NCBI RefSeq assembly: GCF_006345805.1 | Contig: NW_021829853.1 | Span: 124,001-188,000, forward strand | Length of the DNA: 64,000 bases | Direction of reading: 5' to 3' | DNA from: Octopus sinensis | Lineage: Eukaryota | In this document: piece after piece, positions 1 through 13,151 of the stretch | Position numbering within the stretch: the first letter of the stretch is position 1 | Layout: each line of letters begins with the position of its first letter | The notes under the pieces: generated by a model | What the model was told of the DNA's origin: nothing | The model's database searches: none | The model's input: only the letters and a program-made list of their open reading frames with translations | Position numbers and translations under genes: made by a program

Positions 1-1141
1 GTGTTTTTTACATACCACCTGCATGAAGGCCAGTCAAGCACTTCTGGCAACAACCATGCTCAAAATGTGTTTTTTATGTGCCACCTGTATGGGAGCCAGA
101 GTTAACTTCTGGTACGAATATTTATATTCTGTACGTCTTTTTTCAACAAAAAAAATTTCTGGAAACGATCTACTCATATAATTTATGCACTCCATAAAGT
201 GTATTTTTTAAATTTTTCTGAAGAAAAAGTGTGTAAATTACACGGGGTTTTACAGTGTATTACATTTGGTGAGAAGTGAAAATGGAAAAAAAAAATCAGA
301 AATTGAAGAAATAGACAGAAATGTTGTTTACATACTTACCACCATACAATGTTAATAAACACACTGTTGTACAGTCACAACCCTAACAACAAAGCTTACT
401 TTCAAGATATTTATAGGAAATGAATTTTTAGGTTGTTTTTCATATTTTCCTTTTTACTAATTGCATTAGTCTTGTGTTAGAAAATTACATTTCACAGATG
501 CAGCTATGGCTTGTAGATGGTTAAAAAGTTGACACCATAACCATATGGATTATAGTTTAGAGCTATTGCATGACACCTTGGGCAAGTGTCTCTACTACAA
601 GTGCCTCAAACCAGCCAATAGCTTGGGAGTGAAATATGGCAGAACGAAATAGTATGAAAAGCCCCATCTCACGCATGCATGTGCGTCTGTGTACATGAGT
701 ATGTTTACAGTTACGTGACCCCTCCTATAATGATCAATAAAATAAGATATAGCAATCAATAGAATAACTATCAGGCTGAAATGAAATATTGAAAGTTATT
801 AAATTTTCTATGGTGTCCTGGCAAGGGTGTAGACCTTTCAGTGAACAAAGTCCAGTATTCTTTGATGAACCAAATTATTTTTAAAGTATTTTAAACAGCA
901 TTTTCTCACTATATAGATATAATCACTGTCATTGTTTAACGTCCACTTTCCATGCTGGCATGGGTTGGACGGTTTGACTGAGAATTGGCAGGCCAGGAGG
1001 CTGCCCAGGCTCCTATCTGATTTGGCAAGGTTTCTACAGCCCTTCCTAGCGCCAACCATTCATAGAGTGTAGTGGGTGCCTTTTAAAGCACTGGCATCAG
1101 CCATGCTCAAATGGTGCTTTTTACATACCAACAGCATATAT

Positions 1142-1207
<66 letters not shown>

Positions 1208-1328
1208 AGATAGTGGTGACATTGAGACCCAAAGGTGTCAGGTAATGCTGAATAAGTGCTATAGACAGACCATAGTTAAGTTCCAGATTCAGTAATATTG
1301 CGAATAAAGGGTTCTATGTCAGCGTGTG

Positions 1329-1617
1329 TATATATGAATTTTTTGCGTAATGAGATAAAAAGCCAAGGCTGTATAGATATTAGAGCATTTATAGATAGAA
1401 GGTCTTAGAGCTGTTTCTAGAATATTAATTAATAATATTCCTTCATCGGAGACAGTGTGAGAGGAAAAATTAAGTCATATTTTTCCTCTCACACCGTCTC
1501 CGATGAAGGGATATTATTAATTAATATCCTAGAAACAGCTGTAAGACCTATCTATAAATGCTCTAATATCTATACAGCCTTGGCTTTTTATCTCATTACG
1601 CAAAAAATTCATATATA
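1329..1617. mobile_element. Penelope-like inverted pLTR palindrome (family H) with a hammerhead motif in each arm
   Basis: About 140-bp near-perfect arms, loop 1471-1478; hammerhead at 1496-1547 (+) and 1402-1453 (-). Confidence 0.75.
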
Positions 1618-1849
1618 TATATCACAGAAAATTAGAAAGTTAATTCTGACATTCAGGATTATGGAGTTGCAGAAATCAATAAATCATAGGGCTTTAAGAG
1701 TTTTCAACACTATGAGATTTTGTTTATATATACATAGATTGGATTTATTGGTTGTATGACATAGCGAGTAACATTACTTGACAGGGTGCTCCAGCATGAC
1801 TGCAGTCCTCTGACCAAAGCCTTTAAAAGAATAGATCTGAGGGTCAATG

Positions 1850-2060
1850 AGTGTCTCTGGTCATGCGGCTCTCCACACTGAGAGGTCACAACTTCAGAAT
1901 TATGGATATGTGATGAGAATGTTGTGGTAAAGAATCACAAGATAGATTCTTCAAACTGAGCCAGCTGGCAGGAGATGCAGGGGTAAACCAAGAATGTGAT
2001 GGTTGGATAATATCCATAGTCTCTTGATTGGTTACACTTGGGAATCCAGCAGAAATGTCT
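1850..2060 (+). mobile_element. Degenerate RTE-type LINE 3' remnant
   Basis: Broken translation LQNYGYVMRM..AGRRCRGKPRM*WLDNI resembles the RTE C-terminal GH..R..GRRxRGRP..W.D.I motif. Confidence 0.5.
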
Positions 2061-2187
2061 AATGACAGATGAGTCTGATAAAACCCTCTGGAGGGGTTGA
2101 CTAAGGAATAATGAGTGGAAAAAATGAATGAATTGGTTGTATGATGTAGAAATTGATAGCCAAGAAACTGTTGTAAGAATTCCTCAC

Positions 2188-2367
2188 CTGCGCCGCCATC
2201 AGAGTCGGAATTACTGTTATCAGAATTTCTCCGTTGTTGCCGAGAGAGCTGCCTTTGTCGTATTCGTTCATGGAGTGCATTGTCAGATTCTTCATCGCTG
2301 TCATTGTCAGTAATTTTGCTTGGTTTATAAGGAGTTTCCTCATCACTGCCAGAGTCTGAACCAACAC
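2188..2367 (-). CDS. PNISR: PNISR coding exon 10 (GVGSDSGSDEE..DSDEESDNALHERIRQRQ..)
   Basis: tttttgtttag acceptor, cag|gtgagg donor, 180 nt, phase 1-1; parallels human GSGDSEDE..DTDDEELRHRIRQKQ; gene continues off the left edge. Confidence 0.9.
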
Positions 2368-4281
2368 CTAAACAAAAAGTGTGAAACTATTAATTATCAG
2401 GATAAGAAAGATGGTCAGTTTGTCGTTAGAATAGCAATTAAACATGTCTCATGAAAGTAGCAAAGCAATTTACTAAATCACATTTCTCCTATTGCAACAA
2501 AAAAAGTGTTTTATATATATAGTAATAAAACACAAAAAAAGATTTTTAAAACAATGGCTTACCATTTCCTGTAACGGAATTGACATTTCAAAGCCGAAGG
2601 AAAATGTCAACAACCAACACAACATAATTGTTTTAGTTAAGAGGAAAGGAGAGACAATGGACAAAGGCAAGTTAAGGAAATATTAATTGTAAACAATAGG
2701 AAAACATTGCACTGGTTATAGATATGTGGTTACCATCAATGCTTAATGGCTTATTAATAGGAATGGACCATCTGATACCACCAGAACAAGAAACATATCT
2801 GCTGCCAACAAAGCTATTATTATTATTATTTCATAATCAACCAAACTAGCTAATCTCATTGTCTCATTTCAAAGATAACTTTACGCATTGAGAATGAGAT
2901 ATTTTATAAATACGGCATTCTCTTTTCATTACAAAAGGAATGGCAATACCACTATCCTCTCTCTTTTACACTTGGAGATGGACAAAGCTGATAATATGGT
3001 AATGTAATTAATGAATTGCTTCAGGTTGAAAGAAAAACCTGGCAGTCAGAAATAGAAATTCTCTAGGGAAGATATCCTGTGGGGAAAGCATAGAAGTGAA
3101 GCAAGAAATAATTTCATTGTGGCCCAATTAACCCACTGGCTGTCTTCAATATTTTTTTCTTTAAGAAAATAGGCATCAAAACACAAAATTTATTTCAGTT
3201 TGTAAGTCCCTATCAAATAAACACCATCAGTATTGAAGACAAGATGTGGCCCTTTTTTATAGATCTTAAAAATCATTAATTAACAGCCCTTCATTATTTT
3301 TGTCATCTTTAGTTTCCGCTTCTGTATAGATTATCTTCAACTCAGATCACTTGTACACAAAGCATCAAACCTGTAAATGTTGTCTGCAATATCTAAATGG
3401 TTTGCAAACATTACCTCATGCCATTTTAGCTGTCCATCAAGTAAATTCAGACAATATAGCAAACAAAACATATTGATTTTGTGATTACAGTTGTTTTATA
3501 TAAAAGAAAAGAAAAACTTCTAACTCGTGTGTCAATAACATACAAGTTTAGAGTATTTTCATGTAATCATCATCATCGTTTAACATCCGCGTTCCATGCC
3601 GGCATGAGTTGGATGGTTTGACTGGGGACTGGCAAGCCAGAAGGCTGCACCAGGCCCCAATCTCATCAGGCAAGGTTTATTCCATTTTACATTCCCTCAA
3701 AAATGGCAGATGAGGTTTAATATAGAATCTGAGTCAATATAATTCAAGCAAAAATTTCCATTTAAACTGAAGGGTTTACAAAGAAAAAAAAAAGTTGAAA
3801 TTTTTAAAACCTCAAATTCTAAGACAGAATCACAATACAATTCAAATTTTCAAGTAAAACAAATTATCTTAAAAATCAGAATTTAAAAAAATCTGATCCA
3901 TATTAAAGCTGTTTATTGTAAGTTGGAATCAAACGAGAATAAAACAAACACTGGCTTAAAAAAAATATCAAAGAGATATGAAAATTAATTAAAAATGAAA
4001 TCATTGATATTTGTTTGCTAAACTCCTTATTAGTAGCAGCAGAAAGTCAGAAGTTGAAGATTTGGATAACAAGAGCCATCAGGACAGCAGAAAGTCCGTC
4101 AAAGTTAATGAGCTCAAAAGCAGATGAGGGGAGAAATAGTAAATGAGAAATATTAATAAGAATATTGCAATAATATTTCTCATGAGAAGTTTTTTGCTTT
4201 TGGTTTTGTTTTGTTTTTTTTTGTTTTGTTTTGTTTTGTTGTTTTTTTTTTGACAGAAAAAAAGGAACGAACGGTACTTAC

Positions 4282-4335
4282 CAAGGGTTGACAAAGAAGC
4301 CAAAGCAGTGGAGTTGGCAAGCTGCTTTGCTGGGG
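4282..4335 (-). CDS. PNISR: PNISR coding exon 9, 54 nt (APAKQLANSTALASLSTL)
   Basis: Matches human APAKQLAQSSALASLTGL; weak tgtaag acceptor, G|gtaagt donor, phase 1-1. Confidence 0.92.
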
Positions 4336-5356
4336 CTTACATACAATTATAAAAATCATAATTAGTCATGGTAAGCATTCAAGAAGCATCAGTAGGAAGA
4401 CGTCTGTAGGATTAAAAAACACAGCAAATGGGCTGCAAAAGATAGCAGCAGGAGCACTGCACCTCCTGGCAGCCCCGATGAGGATGTGGTGATGATGACA
4501 TACACAGTGAAGGCAGCATCAGCATTGTTTTATCAAGTAACAAGGTTTTCACTCTGAAACATAATTCTTGAACAGCATCTCATCAAAAAATACCCACAGA
4601 AATACTTAGGACATGTTACCAAGCAGCACAGCTCAATTTTATTGCAAATAATTATGGCTAAACAAAACATATTGTCTTAAAACAATTAGGTGAGTAATTT
4701 AAACATGATACCAGCTCAACATCCAAACAAGTGATGGTCATTATAATAATAATAATAATAATAATGATAAAAGACTAAGATGTAAAAATATTGATTCAAC
4801 TGTCAAAATTTCTATAAACATGCGACAGCATGAATATTTCATTATTGAATGTAATCAAATTTTGTCAGCGGTGAACTGACATCTAATGAAAATGTCCTCA
4901 TTAAAGAACCGAAGATTCAATAAAAAATATGTATACATGTGTGTGTGTGTGTGTGCACGCGTGTATACATACACACACACACACACACACACATACATAA
5001 AACTAAAACAACCAAACAAATGTCAATGAGTACATAAAAAGACTAAAAACAGAAGTTAACATGAGAAAAGTGTTTAATTAGCATTAAAGCAATTAAACAT
5101 GTTGGCTTTTTAATTAAGCTGAAGAAGAAAAATAAAGGTTTACTGAGGGAAAGCTTATTCAAAGTTCACATGTTTCTTGGTATTTACTAAGAGTACACCA
5201 TATCTCACCAGGTCTTCTGCTGCTAAATGTATTCTAACTATCTTAAATCATTCACCAAAGAACAGCAACCGGAATCTTCAGATAATGATTCAAGTTTCCA
5301 AGTAAACAAATGTATTCCTTTACACAGAATTAAATATTTTTGTAAATATCGTTATT

Positions 5357-5830
5357 ATTAGAAAATTACTATTCTTAAATCTCACGTGAGATATTCAGCA
5401 ACAGTACATTGTAGTAAAGAGTGTTTGCCAACATAACATGACAGTCCTAGTTTAGGATGAATGTTGCTGTAATTTAGCCCCAGCAGAAATCGTCTCCAGC
5501 TGGCTATACAACACGATCTGTGTCCTCATATTTTTGAACAAGGGAATTTTAGCACCCCCATTCTCAGTTCAAAACAATATGTGTGTATCGCGATTTCCAG
5601 GTTATTTCCCTTCATCAGCACAGAATAACCTGGAAATCGCAATACACAGATATTGTTTTGAGGTGAGTAGTGATGCTAGATTCCCTTGTTCAAAAATATA
5701 AGGACACAGATCGTGTCGTATAGCCAGCTGGAGACAATGTCTCCTGGGGCTAAATTACAGCAACATTCATCCTAAACCAGGACTGCCATGTTATGTTGGC
5801 AAACAATCTTTACTACATTATGATTATTGT
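5357..5830 (-). mobile_element. Penelope-like inverted pLTR palindrome (family A) copy 1
   Basis: Arms 5410-5606 and 5624-5817, unpaired extension at left, hammerhead motif 5580-5624 (-); homologous to 11594-11917 and 54811-55027. Confidence 0.75.
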
Positions 5831-8800
5831 TATCAAAGGTAAACTTCTTGTTTCAGAGCAAATATTTACGTAATCATACGAGACTAAAGTTTCTTTTCTT
5901 CTGTAAAAGACAAGCCTTAACTTGATCTATAGTCACCATTGATAATATTCTATATTGATCAAAGTCTGTCATCTCTAATACCCAAACCAATATTATTATA
6001 AAACAGCTGAAACTCGAGGAATCTAACTAAAAAATCGGTTGAAAGAATTTCATTTTGGAAAAAGGTGAGCAGAGGGCTGAAATGTTCTCCATAGATATAT
6101 ATTTTTTTTTATATATAATCTAATCAACGAATATAATTATATTTCCTCTTTTTATTTCTCAAAACACGAACCAGCTTACAAAGCCAAGCTTTATTGAATC
6201 AAACAATAATCTAAGCCAACACCTATTTCTATGGAAGATACCAATTCTGTTCCACATTCAATCTTCAAATGACACACACATACAAATTCCTGAGATATTT
6301 CAGCACCTGGACACACAATTATTTAGCTACAAAAAAAATAATAATAATAAAAACATACTAAATAAAATTGATACATTTTAATTACATAGTTTATGTAATT
6401 AAACTTAACTGAATGTAAATCTTAAATTTATATCAGAGAGAATAATAGAGTCAGATATTTCCTGTTTGAATGTATTTTGGTTTCATAAACAGTTCAAATG
6501 AAGAACATTTAGGGGACAAACAGGCTACAAAGATCCAACAGTTTCTAACAGTTTTACTTTACTATGTCCAAGAAACCAAAACAGATAAACTTGAAACATA
6601 AAGAGTCTGCTATAAAAATCCTATGGCAGATGATATTATTATTATTATTATTATTATTATTATCTCACTGGACATATTTGAGGTTTTCTCTAAGGCTTTG
6701 AATCTAATTAAGAAATAATTACTCGTATTTGGATGTGTGACAAGCAGCAGCAACAGAAGAATATAAAAAGTCCAGTTGTCAAGTGGGGACGCACACATGC
6801 ACAAAGACACATTTAATATACTAAGGCTAATTCTGCTGAGGTCAACTTTGCCTTTCATACTTTTGGAGTCGATAAATCAAGTACCAGTTGTGTACTGGGG
6901 TTGATCTAATTGACTGGCCCCCTCCCCAAAAATTTTGGGGCTCTTGCCTAGAGTAGAAAAAAAGAATATACTAAGGCCAGTGGGGGATGGAGGCAGGACA
7001 TAATAAAAAACATTTCCCTTACCCTTAATTCCTTTTAAGATTCCTTGACTTAGAAATCAAACTTTTTAAATCTAAAGAACAATGATGATCCGAAAGAAAG
7101 AGCTTTGAAAAGGCTCTAAAATAATTTTTTTAAATCTCAAAGACGCTTTACTAAGGAACAACCTAGAACCTGCTTCCAGAGACAGAAATCACCATTTTAT
7201 AAGGAATATCTAAATCGGAAGATGTAGTTTTTAGTGGCAAATAAGAAAACCATTTTTAATAGCAGTAAACCTTTACGTGTTTAGCAGAAAACTGAAATAT
7301 CTTACAATAAATTAAATACAATAGGATAAAATGATATCGTTTAATTATTTTATTAACAGAATATTAACTCAAAATATCAAAATCATCAACTGAACATTAA
7401 TATAAAAAAAAAAAAATCTCTGCAAATTCAAGATGTTAGATATATATTTTTTATTTTTCTCCTTTTTTAAACAGTGAAACTCATAATAGATAAAACTATA
7501 ATAGCATGGAAATATTTATCCAATATCTACAAGCTATTATTTGTAGCTTTATCTACTTCCAGCTTCATTGTATAACAAAAAAAAAAAAACAATTATTTCA
7601 CAACTCTTAAGAAAGTTACTAAATCCTTAAGATGCAAACACACATACACACACACACTTTCATAGACTATTATACTTATTCTCCTTTTTGCACCAAACAC
7701 CAAAAAACAAATAAAAATAAAAATAAAAGAAAACACAATTGGTGGAAATTTTTATTTGAAGAAAACCAAAACAAATCAATGGAATTCTAAAGGAAAAGTT
7801 AGACCTGTATTGATTATTGCCAATTATCTATACATGTATCAATAAGTCAGTCAGTATATCACAATTGCGAAATGGGTATTCTGTTTTTTGTTTTTTTAAA
7901 AGATTTTTTGGCTTTCTTTATTTTAAAATTTCCTTATAAAAAATATTCTTGAAGTCAATGAGATGGAATCAAAGTAACTTGCAACTCAGAGTTTCATCCA
8001 CAATTGGGAATACAGCCACACACACACACATACACAAGTAATATATTATAGCTTCAGGCTGTCCAATGCTTTGCAGGTGGAACTGGTAGGCTGAAACTAC
8101 AGGATGTGTGTGTGGGTGGGTGTGTGTGTTTCCCAATATTTTGACATTGTTTGCCCTGTGTGTAGGCACAGCATTTTTTTGCTTGCTTCTATCGTGAAAG
8201 CATGTCCAGCTCCCTGCACAGATGGTATCTCTCTTTACATCTGCCACAAAAACATGTCTGGCCGCTGCTCAAAACATGGGGTGAAAAATAACCCCTCATC
8301 TGGAAATAGGAGAGGTTTGTGGCAGGAAAGGCATCGGGCTATAGAAAAATTGCCTCAATGAGTGCTGCGGTCTGACCCATGGTATGTGCTAGCATCATAA
8401 CAATTGTTGATAAAACACTGATCACACACACACACGTTTGTGTATATATAAATATAGAAATATTAAAATATATATATATACATATTACATACTTTGCTCA
8501 CACACATATATGTTGTATAATATATGACATATATTATTAAATAATGTGTGTGTGGTGTGTCTTGCTGGGGTAAAAAGTGAAAGATCTTCTGATACAAAGA
8601 GCCTTCTCCCTTATATGTGTGGAATTTGTTTAGTAACAGAATAGAGAAATAGTGGATAAATGGTAAATAGAATCAGAGGCCAGAATGGTAAGCCACTTGT
8701 AAGATATCCAGCAAGTGAAAAGAATATATTCCTTTGAAGATACCACTAGCTATTCTTCATCAATCATTCACCCAGTTCATGTCACATTTTACTTCATTCT

Positions 8801-10182
8801 CAACAAAGACATCTTTTTTTTTACCCTCAACAACTTCCACCACCCCAAAGATTGTAATTCAACACATTCTAGGTGTTTTCTTTTAATTTCTTTTTTTTTT
8901 TATTATCTAACCAAAACAAAATTTCAAACCAGGTTGTTTTTATATCAATGGCACTTAAACCTTCTTTATTTCAAATCAAGTCTCTTAAAATTTCTTTATT
9001 TCAAAAACAAACACAAACCATTTCAACAAATATTAAATAGTTATCTTATGGTAATTTCCAGAATACTCCTTTCAGTTTTTTTTTACAACTACAGGATCCA
9101 GTGTTGTTATGACAGTAGAAAATATTGTCTACTTGTGTTGATATAAACTTAATCTTACCAATCCGATTACCATATATTAATTATCCAATGACATTGAGAT
9201 CCATAACAGTCCTGAAGGTGATTCGTAAATGGAACCAACATTTTTTGTAAACAGCCATTTCCTTTTCTTCCACCCTTATCTATTTGAATTCGTGCGTTAT
9301 GCCAGCTTCCTCCCAAGTATTATTACATGTGTCAGTCAATCCATACATTTGCCTTAATGGATATTTTTAATGCTGATGTTCTTAACGATACAGCCCTCAA
9401 TTGCAGATTAGCAACTGTAGATATATCCAGCTACATTCATTGAAGTGATAAATAATCTCAGAAAAACAGTACCTTTGTATTCTTAGACCAAATTTCCCAT
9501 CAACAAATGGTTCATATCTCTAAAAACCATAGCTGCATTCCATCCAAAAATAACAATATGAAAATGTTTTGGAGATATCCTTTCCAATTCCACTGACCAC
9601 ACTCTGTCACAGGAGCATTCCAAGCTGAACTGCAATACAACTGCTCAGTACTTCAGGAAGTAGGAAGCGGCATTTAACCAAGTTAGAAAGGGAGTTAAAC
9701 TATGGTTTAAAGAGTTGTCAGTTTGTACTTTATCGTTTCTACTACAAGATGACCATAACCCAATATACTTAACTCTCAACAAAGTTCTGCATTGGTCACC
9801 ATGGAGTGTAGAGCTCACCTGATAGCAGCAGCAGAAGCTGTTTTATAACTGTTGTTTTATCATCTTGCGATAGTAAGTCCAAATCATCTGAAGAATATGG
9901 CTCCAAGAGACAAAGACTTCCCACAAAACTGAGTTCCTCCACATCAAGATGGAGACTTCTTAGGGGGGGATGCTCCAACAATTTGATGAATCAGGGATGA
10001 CTAATTTAAACATTTCTGATAACATATCCTCATAATGAGATTATTATTATCATTATTTAAATAATAATAATAAACTGGACATTGTAGCAGGAAGCCACTG
10101 TGAATCATCAATGAATAACTTAAGAGAGAATGAAATCATTTAAAAACAGGAGAATAAAATGAAAGATGTTGTATAAAATTAC

Positions 10183-10294
10183 CTTTGGCCGCTCGGTTTC
10201 TGGCTTTGAAATAAACTTCCTTGGCAACAGCTTCGATTTCCGTATTTGTCACATCTAAGAGGATCTCAGTCAAATATCTTCGCACTTTTATTTG
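10183..10294 (-). CDS. PNISR: PNISR coding exon 8 (QIKVRRYLTEILLDVTNTEIEAVAKEVYFKARNRAAK)
   Basis: LTEILLDVT..EI..VAK conserved domain core; ccattatag acceptor, aag|gtaatt donor, phase 0-1. Confidence 0.95.
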
Positions 10295-10680
10295 CTATAA
10301 TGGAAAATGTAGAATGACAGTTAACATGTCCCAAGAAAGCTGTAAAGGAACCTACTTCAACACCCTACAGTAAACTTGTAGAAGCTACATGACACCATAA
10401 AGTGATAGTATGTTGTCAACTTAATGTGACAGTCCCATAAAAGGAAAGAATACTACTGTTATTTAGCCCTAGGAAACACCATTTCCTGTTGGCCTTGATG
10501 CATTCTGTTGAAGATGTCCAATCATTAAACAGGCTTTTTGGTTAAGTAGAGTAACAAGTTAACTCCCCTGAAATTCATGATTCGATCAAGTTATCCCCTT
10601 CGATCTATTTCCAACATTAAGTAGCACCATCAATTTCTACTAACAGTTAAGCATAACAACAACAACATTGAAGTATTTAC

Positions 10681-10809
10681 CAATTCGGCTTCTTTTTCTT
10701 CTTCAGTCTTGTAAGCATCAGGTGAGGGTGAACGTTTTTCAGTTTTAACAACTGGTTCCTCTTGCGGACTTTTACTGTCGCTGCCTCTCGTTTCCTCTTC
10801 ATCTGACTC
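10681..10809 (-). CDS. PNISR: PNISR coding exon 7 (ESDEEE..RSPSP..TEEEKEAEL)
   Basis: 129 nt, phase 0-0; parallels human DSDEEE..RSPSP..TEEEKEYQM. Confidence 0.92.
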
Positions 10810-11593
10810 CTTTAAAATATCGACAACACATTTGTAAAATAGAATAATAAATTGTGTGTGTGTGTGTGTGTGTATGCATTAGAAAAAGGCAGGATTCTCC
10901 CTCTCTTTCTTTCTACTCCACAATCACTGAAAATTGCTAATATCTACCGAGATGCTGACATGAGTCCAGCCTATTAGATTCAATTGTGTAATTCCTTATT
11001 TAATTAATTAGATTACTACTTATGCATAAATAGACACAACAGGCCCTCTTTCTGCCCCTACACACATCTATCTACACAACAAGCATTTGACAAATTAGGG
11101 AGCCTCTACATAATTACTCAACCAATAACCAAATTTCTCTCCCATCCTAAAGGGAAGACACACTGGATAGGATAGTCCCAGGTACACTATACCATAAAAC
11201 ACTTGGAACCTTATTGATCCTAAGGCATCATAAGTTAAAAGAATCTGTGGGACATCCAGCAGGATGCCTAACAGTATTGGCACCAATTCTTCTGCAATCT
11301 AAATTCAAACCCTGTTGAAGTCAACTTTCCTTTCTTCCTTTCAAAGCAGAATGTGTGTGTGTGTGTGTGTGCACATGCAAGTGCAAATGCTTTATGTTTT
11401 CCCATTGACATCATAGAGAGATGATGCATTTTTTTTATGCCGTGTAAAAGAATTAGGCCTTGTAGCTTGTAAGTTTCATGTGAAGATCAATATAGGAATC
11501 GGTGACAAGTTGTAAAACAACTGTTGCAATAAGCCTCGTCCAACCCATGCCAGCATAGAAAAAGCAAATATAAAAATAATGATGATGAGAATA

Positions 11594-11917
11594 ATTAGAA
11601 AATTGCTATTTGTAAATCTGACGAGAGATATTCAGCAACAGTACTTTGGAGTAAAGATTAATTTGCCAACAAAACATGGCAGTCCTGGTTTAGGATGAAT
11701 GTTGCTGTCATAACCCAGAAATCGTGATACACAGATATTGTTTTGAGCTGAGTGGGGGTGCTAGATTCCCTTATTTGAAAATATAAGGACACAGATAGTG
11801 TCGTATAGCCAGCTGGAGACGATGTCTCCTGGGGCTAAATTACAGCAACATTTGTCCTAAACCAGGACTGCCATGTTAAGTTGGCAAAATAATCTTTACT
11901 CCATAAGTGTAATTGTT
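11594..11917 (-). mobile_element. Family A copy 2, internally deleted palindrome
   Basis: Same extension gagatattcagcaacagtac and both arm ends; centre deleted. Confidence 0.75.
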
Positions 11918-12014
11918 AGTCACAAACTAAATCTCCACTCAATACTGCCTTCCTCACCAACAAATCATTCCACAGAATATGCAACCAAATTCCAGTTGAG
12001 CAAGAATTACTTAC

Positions 12015-12241
12015 AAAACGACTTTTGATGACTGAGAACCCATCTTTGCCCTCAAGTTTTCCTTCAGCTCTCTCTTTTAATACTTCCTCTGTGGCTTCTT
12101 TTTCGGCATTTTCTTTTGCTTTCAATGCCTCAATTTGCTCCTTATCTTTTCTCTCTTTCTCTAACTTTTTCTGCTTCTCTCTTTCCATTTTTTCTAAACC
12201 CTCTCGAATCCAGGCAGGTAAATTTTTCCGTTTTGTTGCAT
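12015..12241 (-). CDS. PNISR: PNISR coding exon 6 (DATKRKNLPAWIREGLEKMEREKQKKLEKER..SRF)
   Basis: Near-identical to the hallmark PNISR motif DAVKRRTLPAWIREGLEKMEREKQKKLEKER; tttcag acceptor, TTT|gtaagt donor. Confidence 0.97.
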
Positions 12242-12429
12242 CTGAAACAAACAGATCCTGATGTAATATTTTTCTTGGTTTCAACAAAAACACATTTATA
12301 ATTCAAAAACATTTTCCTTGCACCATAATACTGAATGTAAATAAATTTAATTCATTCAAACATTTCTACTGCACAATTATGCCTTGGTCAAACCAAAAAA
12401 ACTAGATAAAGGGGATCTTTTTATTAAAC

Positions 12430-13060
12430 ATCTGCTCTCATTACACATCTTTATATTAAAATAACAAAGCTTCATACAAACAACAAAATCTCTCTTATTT
12501 GTTCTCACAAGGTCTACTTTTCTGCACATCAAACCATTTCCCTGAAGATACCTTTGCTTCTTACTCTTCATCTTTGCTAAGTTTACCTTAAGAGTTTTTT
12601 TTATTCTTGGTTTAGCTTCCAAGCCAGAAATTTTCTCTCTAAGTCCCCAACAAATTCAGCTTTAAAAACTAGAGCATCAGCATACAGAGTTCCCATGAAC
12701 AGCCAGTCTTAAACTCCTCTACAAAGGCAGGTAGGTCTATGACGAATAGAAGGGAACTGACAATTAAACCCTGATGGTCTCCATCCCTTATGCTGAATTC
12801 TTCACTGTCTTTGTACATGGCCATTAGTCAATGCTGTGTTTCCTTAGTGACCATTAGATTATTGTACATGGTACCCTATCAAATGCCTTCTTCAGGTCAA
12901 CAAAGGCCACTAATAATGGTTTACTCTTAGCCAAGTATTTCTCCTGTAGTTGCCTTGCTAGGAATCCAGGCACAAAACCTATCTGTGTCATATCTAGACC
13001 CATCCTGCCATATATGAATTGGGTTTTGACTCTCTCTGTGACCTTCACAAAATTTTCTCT
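12430..13060 (-). mobile_element. Degenerate RTE LINE RT fragment
   Basis: QIGFVPG..RQLQEKYLAKSKPLLVAFVDLKKAFDRVP and LKVNLAK; same family as 48292-50167. Confidence 0.8.
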
Positions 13061-13151
13061 AAACCTATACCCAGCTGCCAGATCTGTTAATTTCTGTATC
13101 TTCCCTTCTCCGTATTGTCTTTCATTCCTGTATCTGCCTTGCTATACTTAC

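Noticed and set aside
4079-4281. Read-through of the exon 9 donor gives a Lys-rich stretch then a hydrophobic, tail-anchor-like C-terminus
   Set aside because: Explained by low-complexity A-rich then T-rich intron sequence; no other evidence of translation
9320-9420. Possible PLE/hammerhead relic (gactgacacatgta on minus)
   Set aside because: GAAA and the 5' core are both disrupted
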